64,000 nt of DNA from Camelus ferus (taxonomy: Eukaryota), in assembly GCF_009834535.1 (NCBI RefSeq), contig NC_045696.1, positions 45,882,001 through 45,946,000 of the forward strand, in the 5' to 3' direction. Every line of letters begins with the position of its first letter. Within the stretch, counting starts at the first letter, position 1. Both the position numbers and the translations under genes were made by a program. Below, piece by piece: positions 39,325-50,354 of this stretch. The notes under the pieces are model-generated. The model was given only the letters and a program-made list of their open reading frames with translations, ran no database searches and was not told where the DNA came from.

Positions 39325-41060
39325 TAAAATTTTTATTTGAAAATAATTGTGGATTTACATGCTGTTTAAGAAATAATACAGAGAGATCCCATGTACCATT
39401 TACCTAATTTTCCCCAATGGTGACATCTTGCAAAACTAGCATACAATATAATAACCAGGATACAGACATTGATACAGTCAAGATACAAAATACTTCCACC
39501 ACCACAAAGATCCTTCACGTTGCCTTTTTAAAGCCACGTATCCCCTGTTTTTAACCTGGCAACCATTATTCTGGTCTACAGTTTTATAATTTTGTCATTT
39601 AAGGAAAATTACATAAAAGGGATCTAACAATATGTAACATTTACAGATTGCCTTTTTTCACTCAGTATACTTCTCTGCAGACTCCTACAGATTGCTGAGG
39701 ATATCAATAGTTTACTTTTATCGCTGAGTCATATGCTATGGTACTAGAGTTTGTTTAACCATTCACCTCTTAAAGGATACCTGGGTTTGGCTATTAAGAA
39801 TTAAACTTCTGTATAATCCACAAGTTATACACAAGTGTGTACACAAGTTTTCATTTCTTCAGGGTGAATGCCCAAGAGCACAATTGCGTGGTTGTATAGT
39901 AGTTGCATGTTTAGCTTTTTTAAGAAACTGCCAAATTGTTTTCTAGAGTGGCTGTACCATTTGACATACCCACTAGCAATGTATGAGTTATCTAATTGTT
40001 CTACATTGTCTGCATTATGTGTTGTCACAGTATGTTAGCCATTTTTAGACATTCTGGTAAGTGTGTATTGATATCTCATGATGTTAATAGCCATTTCCCT
40101 AATAGCTAACAATGATGAACACCTTTATATGTGGTTATCTGCCACTTGTATATCATCTTCAGAGAAATGTTTGTCTTTTGCCCATTATCTAATTGTTTGT
40201 TTTACTACTGAGTTTTGAGGGTGCTTTATATACTCTATATACTAATACTTTGGTGGGCATGTGGTTGGTAAATATTTTCCCCCAGTCAGCAGCTTATGTT
40301 TTTTAACAGGTTCCTTTTTTTTTTTTTTTTTTTTTTGGTGGCGTTGGAGGGGGCAGAGTAAAGGTTTTGATTTTGATGAGGTTCATGTTATCAATTTTTC
40401 CTTTTATAGACTGTGCATTTAAGGTCAATTTAAAAAACTCTTTGCCTAGCCCTAGAGCTCAAAATATTTCTCCTATGTTTTTTCTAAAAATGTTGTAATT
40501 TTACATTTTCAATTTAAGCCTGTGATCCATTTTGAGTTAATTTTTGTATAAGATGTGAAGGTGTGAAACAAAGATTAAGGTTCCTTTTTTTAAAAAAAAT
40601 GGATATCCAGTTGCTCCATTGGTTAAAAAGGCTATCCTATCTCTTGAATTTCTTTTGCACTTTTGTCAAAAACAGCTGGGTATATATTTGTGGGTCTACT
40701 TTTGGGTTCTCTTCTGCTCCACTGAGTTCTGTATCTATCTCTCTACCAATACCACACAGCAGGATTCTGGTAACACAAATATTAGATCTTATTTAAATCT
40801 TCTGCTTTAGCTGAGTTTCTCTGAAACCACTCAGCAAGGGAAGGAGAGGCACTGACTTGTTACTGCCAGGTGGAGGTAGGTGTCTAGATTCCCCACTCAG
40901 CCTCCCTATATGACCAAGGTGGGGGCTACTTGATACTGTTGAGCAGGGACTGGAATTCCATCCCCTCAATAGGGCAACACTGGATAACTCTCTAGTTAAG
41001 GAGATACTGTATTGATATTGTTGCCACTCCCAACCTGGCCTCTACTGACACTGACACTGA
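39325..41060 (-). mobile_element. LINE-1 3' region (L1MC/MD-like)
   Basis: aagaaataatacagagagatccc, tccccaatggtgacatcttgcaaaacta, aagaaactgccaaattgtttt, gatccattttgagttaatttttg. Confidence 0.85.
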
Positions 41061-43505
41061 CAGTTTCCTATTTCTCAGGGCATCCATGAGGGCCATATTA
41101 GAACACCCTAAGCCACCAGAAAGCCTCCAAATTTCAAGGACTAAATCTCTCCCTTCACCCACAGTCTTTTGAACAGCTCCATGCTTGACTCTGGCATGCC
41201 CCCTAAAATCATCTGAAAATTAAAAGTTACAATGAGCTCAGCTCACTGCCAAGCAAGCACTTTCCTGAGGCAGGTCTTAAAATATGCTAATAGGAACGTA
41301 AAAACACTAAATTTATTTTACATCCGTAAGACTCATACTGGAATATTCATCTTCAGCTGTGGATTCCTAACTTAATGTTTAATTTAATGAAACCAAAGGC
41401 ATCTAAATAGAAAGTTGCAAAATTTATAATAAACAACTGCTTGTCAAGACAATTTATTACTGGTACACTATGTGCCTGTGGATGTAATTTTATGCAGTTT
41501 AGATGCAAACATCTAGAACTATCTTTCACATCTGTAAGTATTACCTACTTTGTCTTTGCTCCTCTCTTGAGATGATTTCCTGAGCCCTCTGTTCCCTGTG
41601 AGCCCTCTGTGATAGTTGGTAAAGAGCTGATGCTCTCTTGCTGCTAAGTCCTCATCTGCAGACTTAACTTTCTAAAGACCCACCAAGTCTGGCAGATAGT
41701 GAAGGAAAACCAACAAACCTCAGGAAGTCTCCTCACTCCTCAGCGGACATGGAATCCCAGGAAAGACAGACAGACAATCAGGCTAGCCTTAACTATTACT
41801 CTCTCAGAGCTAAAATGGGAACATTTATCCCATCCACACTTCTTTCTCTGGTCACCCACTTGCCTCCTAGACTTAACTAAGGTGCAATTAGTTCAATTTT
41901 CTCTTACAAAAAAGCTGATAAATATGAAGCTCAGTCTCATCACCGTGGGACTGTAACCCAGATGTGGCCTTTTAGTAATGCATACCGCCCTTTAGCAGGG
42001 AAAGAGAACACTGCTCTTGCTGTCCCCCACTAGCTTCCAACGTACGAGGTGAGGAGTCTGTGGGGCTGTAGGACTAGGCCCAAGAGGACATATGCCCCCA
42101 CTTTTGGACCATTCTCTCTGTACCCAGGACCCCACTATGTCCTCTCCAAATAGCCCAACCTTTTTTCTGGGCCTGCTTAAGCACTTTCCAGGGCCTCACT
42201 TCTGAGGGTGTATCAACTGGTGTGATTAACCCTAGACCTGAGGTACAGTCAAGGATGACTTTTTTTAGTAGATGTGGATGGAAGATCCAATAATTCAAAT
42301 TTGAGCTTGGCCTTCCAGGTAATTATAAGAGTATATTTGTTAAAGAAGGAGGATAGCATACATTTTATTAAGCAGTTTCTTGGCCTGACTTATAACTTTC
42401 AAGTAGTCAGACATATGGCAAATGGCCTCTGTTTGTATGTATCTTTCTGGGGCCTTGTAAATATTAAGAGTTAAAGCCTAGGCTGAATCTGTGTGTAATA
42501 AAAGTAAATGTCTACTATTATTTGTTAATTATGAGTCAGAGGATCTGGTTCTGGAGAGGGTGCCAGGATAAAAAAATTTCAAGTGTAAATCTTTAAGATC
42601 CTGGGAAATATAGAATATTTAAGAAAGGAAGAGATGGAGGGAGCTCTATGAAACCTGGGAATCAGAAAATACTTCAATTTCATGGGAGTGGCATCCTCCA
42701 AGGAGGATTCCTTCACCCCCAAAGTGAACCAGGTGCCGTGTCCATGAGCTCGTTGTGTCCTGTCCTATCATAGCACTGTACTGCAATTACTTACTTTTCT
42801 GCATCCCGCACTAGACTGAGTTCTGGGACAGAGAGACTATTAATCTGGTCTACCACTTCATCCTGAGTAATCTAGCATAATATATAGAAGATGTTCAATT
42901 AACGTATTTTGAATGACCAAATTTAAAAAATGAATAAATTGTGCTATTGTTACGGAGATACAACAGAAAATGGAGACCTAACATTTCCAAATATTCATAT
43001 GTTGGGCAAATTGAGGAAAGCTCTCCACAAAAAAATTGAGTATGATCAAGTTATAACTAGTAAGAAAACATAAATTTGATTTCTCAGAGAAATAAACTCT
43101 GGATCAAGAAGTCACAGTATTTTGATAACTAGAGATAAACTTTCCAGTTTGAGAAAGCTTTATGAGTTCCTTAAGGATGAGACTGAAGTCTTACTCATCT
43201 CTGTGTCCCTAGAACTTAATGCAGTGTCTGTAATATAGTAGGTGCTCAAAAAGAGTTTGATGAATGACTAGAATAAGACAATTTCCAAGACAAAAATTTA
43301 CTAAACTCTATTTCAATGTTATATGACTATTGTTCAGAATGTGTGCTCTAATACTTAGTGAAATTCAATCAAAAGATATCTATTAATTGTATAATGTTAT
43401 CTTTAAATGTATTGGATTGTTAATCCTATGACTGTAGCTCATGCATATAAGGAATATGAGTACAAAGGTAGTATTTGTTTCCTAAATCATTTCTATAAAC
43501 AACAG

Positions 43506-46074
43506 TGTTCCAGCTATTTACAACTGCACAACAAATCCCCCAAAACTCTGTGGCTTAAAATGACAACAATAATTCAAATATCTCTTATGGTTTCTGAGGG
43601 TCAAGAATTTGCCCAGGGCACAGTGGGACCAGCTTGTGTCTTTCCTGTGATGTTTGACATCTCAGCTGAGAAGACTTGAAGAGTGGAAGTAACTGGATGG
43701 CTAGAGGGCAAAATCATCTAAAAGTCCATTCATTCACATTTCTAAAGGTTGTGGCCAACTACGGACTTGGGCCTCAGCTATGGGTTTATTATGGTCATTG
43801 GCCAAAATACTTAGCCATAGTCTCTCATGGTTTTTCTGCTTCTTTAGTGCATAGTGAGAGAGTTCTAAGAATAAATATTCCAGAAAGAGCAGGCAGAAGC
43901 TCTAACACCATTTGCTGTTTAGGTTCAGAGGTTATATCACTTCACTTCTACCATAGTCATCCAGACTCTAAGGAAGAGAATCCACGTCACAGTATAAGAA
44001 CACAAAGCACAGACGATCTTACTGTTGCTGTCAACATGGAAGATAGAACCTGCTATAGTCCACCTTCTGGCCACTATAATTCACATCCCTCAAGCATACA
44101 AACCACCTCCATTCCCACCATCAAGACTACCAATCTCATTCCATTACAGTAACAGCTCAAAGTCCATGAGATCATCTAAATCAAGAGAACGGGGCCCCTC
44201 AGCTGAGATTCCTCAACTACATTCCTTAAACACTCTTCCTTTCCAGCTTAGAGACCTAAGACATAAGAAGATGAGTTAGGCATTAATAGATTACCAGAGC
44301 AGTGTCTTTCCTACAAACGACTCAGGCAGCAATAGCAGGACAGGCACTGGATAAACACTCTAGAACTCCCATTCAAAAAGGGGAGAAACAGGAGGCACAC
44401 AGCAGTCACTAGTTAACAGCAATTCTGACATCCTGATATGTATTGCCAGTCCCTGGATTAAAACACAGGACTGCTCCCTAGCAGTACTTCTCCATGAATT
44501 CTGGTTCTGCTCTATGAATTATCTTTCCTTTTATGTATGTGAGCTCATGTTTGCTGCTGAGTAGTTTTCTCAAGATGTAACCTGTTGGTAGAAATTGGAA
44601 GAAAAAGGACTGAAAGTCTCCTTTATTTGTAATCTCTCTGTCCCTTTCAGTCCAAGCTGATGGTGCTTCCATGATACTAAAAATCCCATGGGATTTTTCT
44701 ATAACTGTTTTTTGGTGTTGATCTACTTCATTAGGCAAAAACCATAAACCACAAATCTCTTCTAGGCTAGTCCTCCTTGAAAGGCTGCTGTGGTTCAACA
44801 CAGATAAGAATTTTGAAGCCTTATTAACAGAGATCTGTAAGGCATATCCATAAGGTCCTTAGAGAGGGTTTAGTCTGTCTAAAGAAGTCTCTGAGGCACC
44901 ACCTTAAATCTAAGGTCTTAAAAAAAAGTTATCCAGTCATATTTTTGGTTTTTTTCTTTAGACAATGTTTTCCTGACAATGATGTGGATTTGACGTGCAT
45001 TAGGAAGACTTTTATTAATTTTAGAATCATTTTCCTTTTGAAGAGGTGGGCATGAAAAAAGCTTTATTTTTACATATGATTCCTGGCTCCCTTATTTTTA
45101 ACAGTTTGATTTTTAGCTTATCTCTCTCTTTTCATATTTTATCATGGGTGCCAAGAAGTTCAGTGACACTTTTAGTATTCTCTCTGGAAAAGTTTTTAAC
45201 TAGATCACAGAATTCACTAGATTCATTTACTATTTTCCATATGCTGCAAGTGACAGTGTCACCAAACTTTTTGCCACTACACAACCATGGTTTCTTTAAC
45301 TTTAGTCTCCAATGACATTTTTCTTACTTTCCTTTAAGGTCTCACCAATAGCTTCCTTGTGGCCTTTAAGTGTCCACTCACTCACTCCTTAGGGTACTTC
45401 AGGCATCCCCTAACTTGTTCTCAAGGCCTCTTAGGCTTTCCCTAGCAGTCTTCTCAATTGTCCTTCCAGCTTCCATCCGCCATCCAAAGCCAAAGCCACA
45501 CGTTTTAATTGTTTAGCTGCCCATTCCTAGCATCCAAATCTGTTCTGGTTTTCTGTTGCCAGGCAACAAATTGCTCCAATGCTTCATGGATATTTATTAT
45601 AACTCAGTTTCTGTGCATCAGAAATTTAGACAGGACACAAAAGTGATGGCTTGCTTCTTCTCCACAATGTCTGGAGTTATCAGCTGGGAAGACTCAAAGG
45701 CTGAGAGCTGAAACCACCTGAAGCTTTGGTCACTCAGGTGTCTTGATGTTAATGCTGGCTATTAGCTTGGCCCTTGGCTAGAGTTATCAGTCAGAACACC
45801 CACATATGGCCTATCCATATGGTCTCTTCATCTCCTCACAGCATGGTAATTATGTTCAAAGAATAAGTTGTATTGCCTTTTATGGCCTATCCTTGGAAGA
45901 CATAGAGTGGCTTTTGCCTTAGTCAAAGGCATGCCCAAATTCAAGGAAAGGTAACACAGACAACCCTCCCCTATTGCCTGAACTTTTAGGTGGGAGAAAT
46001 GCCTGTAACACAAGAAATGCAGGTAAAGTAAGATGACTTGTTGCAACCATTTTGGTAAAATACAATCTGCTACA
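43506..46074 (-). mobile_element. Near full-length MaLR (MLT1) provirus: LTR ~43506-44055, internal ~44056-45540, LTR ~45541-46074
   Basis: Two related minus-strand MLT1 LTRs (tttctg...tca.gaattt..cagg.caca...gcttg...cagctg.gaagact) flank about 1.5 kb of MLT1-int-like sequence. Confidence 0.75.
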
Positions 46075-46489
46075 TATACCATTTAAAGAAGACTAAGATG
46101 TCCATGCTTATATGCCTCCAAAATTCGAAGCGTAATGATATTTTAAATCTTGTATCCTAAGAATCTGTATTTGATATATATATACTTTTTTTCTGATTTT
46201 AATACCGTAACAAGGATTTAGTGCTCCTTTAACAAATACCTCCAGCTTATAAACAAATATAGTAGGGCAGAGAGAGTTAAAATAATTTGTCTAAGCTATT
46301 AAACTAATTAGTCTTTTAACTTCCAGCAGAGTTATCTTCCCATCATATCTATCATATATCCTGTTACATTAAAATGCTTAAAATGTTATCCCATCTCATC
46401 TATCATCATATCTATAATAATAACCAAATAATCAACAGTATTGTAACTGTTTCTGAGAAGTTTTAGAAATACAGGTGATGTCTAAAGCC

Positions 46490-47772
46490 ATACATATACG
46501 AACAGTTACTTTACAACAAAGGAGCCAAGAATATACAGTGGATAAAGGAGAATCTCTTCAATAAATGGTGTTGGGAAAACTGGAGAGCCACATGCAAAAG
46601 AATAAAATTAGACCACTGTTACACCATAAACAAAAACTAACTGAAAATGGATTAAAGACTTAAATGTAAGACCTGAAACAATAAAACTCCTAGAGGAAAA
46701 CATACGTGGTAACCTCACTGACATCAATCTTAGCAATGTTTTTGTGGATCTGACTCTGAAAGCAAGGCAAACAAAAGTAAAATTAAACAAACAGAACTAC
46801 ATCTAACTAAAAACCGCAGCAAAGGATAAACCAGCATAACAATGAAACGGCAACCTACTGAATGGCAGAAGATATTTGCAAATCACACATCCGACAAAGA
46901 GTTAATATCTAAAATACATAAAAAACTTATACAAAATAAAAAAAAATCATACAACTTAACAAAAAACAAACCTGATTAAAAAATGAGCAGAGGATCTGAA
47001 TAGACATTTTTCCAAAAAAGACATACAGGTGACCAGCAGACACCAAAAGATGTTCAATATCACTTTCATGGATATGCAAATCAAAACCACAACAAGATAT
47101 CACCTCACACCTATCAGAATGGCTATTACCAAAAAGAAGAAATAATCATTGTTGGCAAAGATGTGGAGAAAAGGGAAAACTTGTACACTGTTGGTAGAAA
47201 TGTAAATTGGTTCAGCCACTATGGAAAACAACAAGGGGCTGTTCCACTTCTGGGTATTTATCTGAAGAAAAGAACAAACTAATTTGAAAATATATACCCC
47301 AATGTTCATAGAAGCATTACTTAACAATAGCAAGACATGAAAACAATCGAAGTGTCTACTGCCGGATGAATGGATAAAAAAGATGTGGTATACATTCATA
47401 ATAGAATACTACTCAGCCATAAGAAAGAATGTTCTCTTACTATTTACAATTACACAGATGGACATTGAGGGTATTATGTTAAGTGAAATAAGTCAAAATA
47501 TGAAAGACAAAAAGCTTATGATTTCACTCATGTGGAATCTAAAAACAAAATGAACAAATAAAACAAAACAAAAGCAAACTCATAGACACAGAGAACAGAT
47601 TGGTGGTTACCAGAGGGGAAGGAGCTTGGGAAGTGGATGAAGGCAGTCAAGCATATGGTGATGGATGATAACCAGACTTTTGGTTATGATCACTTTGTAG
47701 TGAACACAGATGTCAAACCATAATGTTGGATGCCTATATATTATTTTACCTCAATAAAAAATCAATTTAAAA
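46490..47772 (+). mobile_element. 5'-truncated LINE-1 (ORF2 C-terminus plus 3'UTR)
   Basis: ctcttcaataaatggtgttgggaaaactgg (LFNKWCWENW motif), aaaactcctagaggaaaacata, gatgaatggataaa; ends tcaataaaaa. Confidence 0.92.
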
Positions 47773-48814
47773 AGGTTTTATCATCTTATAAATTTGTAGT
47801 AAGAATACAATGCAAAGTCACATTTCTTGTATGCAAAAAATCTAGAACTTAAATGCTATCTCTGAAACAGTCGCAGGTTAACAAATAAAACTTGCTCTGA
47901 ACAGAAAGGAATATAAACATTTCACTAATCTTTCTTTCTCCTTCCTCACTACAAACTCTAGTTAATGTGTGTTATTTCATTTTACTGTCTGCTTTTAGGA
48001 ATATTTAGGCATTCTCTCTCTGGTATGTTTCAGTTAGAGAAAGCATAGGGGCAGTGTTGCTTAATTGATTTCTGATCAAAAATCTTTGTAAAAACACACA
48101 ATTCACTGATTTTTCTTTGTGGACTATTACCATCAATAATCTAGAATTGGATTTCTCATTCTTGAAAAAAATAAAAATAAATGAAAACATTCCTACTGTG
48201 AAAAAAAAAAAGAAATACAGGCTTCCTTCATTTTTTTGTAAAGCAATTTCATAGCCCTTGTGAAAGTTGCAGGAACCTTTAAATATTACAATAAGCATTC
48301 AGATCAAGCAAGACCCTCAGGTGTGTTAAGCTGACATCTCCACTTATAGTAACAGGGGCATGTAAGGCAAAAACATAATTACTCCAAATTTGTTTCTAGA
48401 CATTTATTGACCTTAAGAGTTCAGAGTCTATAATGTTGCTCGCATCCAAAACTAATCACCAACACTTCATAACTTGAATGCTGACAAATTTCCACTCAGC
48501 TGCTGTCAAAGTTTGCATAATTATATTTAAGGCACTTTCTTCAGGACTGTTTCATAAATTTTGGACAACAGTATTGGAGTCTAATTTTAAAAGTGTTCAT
48601 TGTCAACAGAATATTTTTAAAATATTAATTTCTGAAAATAGTGATTATATGACTATTGAATCAGATAAAACCTATTAATGTAACACTGCCATCAGTCTTT
48701 AGAAAGCAACATGCTACTTCTTACTTAGAACTGTTTTTTAATAGGCGTGAGGCCAGGCTGTGAACTGTAAAAAAATAGTTTTTATTTAAAAATTGACAAA
48801 AATAAGTAAAAATA

Positions 48815-48920
48815 TATGACAATGAATATATGTATATTCATGAATAACTGAAAAATTGTGCTCTACACTGGAATCTGACACAACATTGTAAAATGACTAT
48901 AACTCAAAAAAAAGTTTAAA
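48815..48920 (+). mobile_element. Young, extremely 5'-truncated LINE-1 tail
   Basis: gacacaacattgtaaaatgactataactcaaaaaaa; perfect 17-bp TSD aaaaataagtaaaaata at 48798-48814 and 48921-48937. Confidence 0.85.
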
Positions 48921-49624
48921 AAAAATAAGTAAAAATAAAACAGCCGACATCAATAACTGCATATATATTGCTGCTTACCCATAAACATTAGATTATAAAC
49001 CTATTTTTTGAAAACATTATCAAAAACATATTATTTATATTTTTATGTTAAAAAATAAAACAGATGCCAAAAATACATAATTATAATTATATAACACAAT
49101 TTTTAACGTAATTCAACATTAGTCCTCCAATGTACTTAGTCAATATCCACATCAGATAATTTTTTGTATCCTAAACCAAATTAAGAAAATCACTTACTTC
49201 AAGGAGATTCATCTGTCCTGTATTTATGAACTATTCACAAAAATTGATAACAAGCCACAAAGAAATAATTAACATATTTAAAAAATATATACAGTAAGTG
49301 GGTTGATTACTGTGAGAAAAGGGCCAATTACAGAAGTTTAGACAATATATCTACAATAATACAGAGATTAAAATCACAATATAAAATGTTATAATATGAC
49401 AAATCATTACTTTTCTTATGTAAAGAACTGACACAAACAAATAAATAAAAATAAAAGATCCTCCTATCTGTCATGGAAAAATACCTGAAGAATAATTTCT
49501 TAAACTTCTTGGTTGAAGAAGTAGTTGAAATAGTAAAAATAAATGTGTAATAAACACTTGAACAAATGTTCAACATCACTAATAATCACTTACTTGGTAA
49601 ATTAAATCACTATAATCCAATTTT

Positions 49625-50354
49625 TTTGTTTTTGAGTAAAGGTAGATTTATTCAAAGAGATACACTGAAAGGCAAGAGAAAGGCCAGAAGGTGTGGGGGT
49701 TGGGTGCTCAGATTAAAAGTAGGTACACACTCCACAGACAGAGGGCAGGCCATCTCCACACGGAGGGAGAGAGGTGGCCACGAGGCAGCATGTTACTAGT
49801 TTTTATGGGATCGGTGGCTTAGAGAATGACAAAAGATAGAGGGGAGAAAAGCCTTGGGCTCAGTGGGCTCCTTCACAGCTAGAGAGCTGGTCTCTGCCAG
49901 ATCCTGCAGGCAGTGTCAGCCACCAGCTAAGAGCTACTTGAATCTGCACGGCGCGGGATAAACCCCCTGCCACCCTCCAAAGAGAGGGGAGCTGCAGCCC
50001 AATAGGGAGATCGAGACTATGCCCTTTGAGCCCTGTTTCTTTATGTAAATGCCCCACACGTTGGGCACCAGAGATGATGCAGGAAAACGGATATGGGGCG
50101 TGAGAAGGGCCATGTCCCAGGCTTCGGTTGAGCCCCTGGGATGTGCCCCACCAAGTGTGAGTCCTTGGCTTCACGCAGGAAAGAATTCAAGAGCAAGCCA
50201 CAGTTGAGTAAAGGTAGATTTATTCAGAGAGATACATTAAAAGGTAAGAGAAAGGCCATGAGGTGTGGGGGGTTGGATGCTCAGATTAAAAGTAGGTACA
50301 CACTCCATAGACAAGAGTGCGGGCCGTCTCCAAACAGAGAGAGAGAGGCGTCCG
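49625..50354 (-). mobile_element. Processed (L1-type) retrocopy of a short ERV transcript: R-U5-PBS-leader / U3 end-R-poly(A)
   Basis: R 50354-50205, U5 to 50075, PBS 50070-50051, leader to about 49821, U3 end with CATAAAA 49807-49801, second R to 49634, A tail; TSD ctataat(c/a)caatttt at 49610-49624 and 50355-50369. Confidence 0.9.
50051..50070 (-). promoter_or_regulatory. Retroviral primer-binding site, tRNA-Lys-like
   Basis: TGGTGCCCAACGTGTGGGGC, 4 nt after the LTR end GCATCA; the Lys1,2 PBS is TGGCGCCCAACGTGGGGC. Confidence 0.75.

Noticed and set aside
43676..44152. Longest ORF (158 aa)
   Set aside because: Non-ATG start, antisense to an MLT1 LTR, no recognisable domain.
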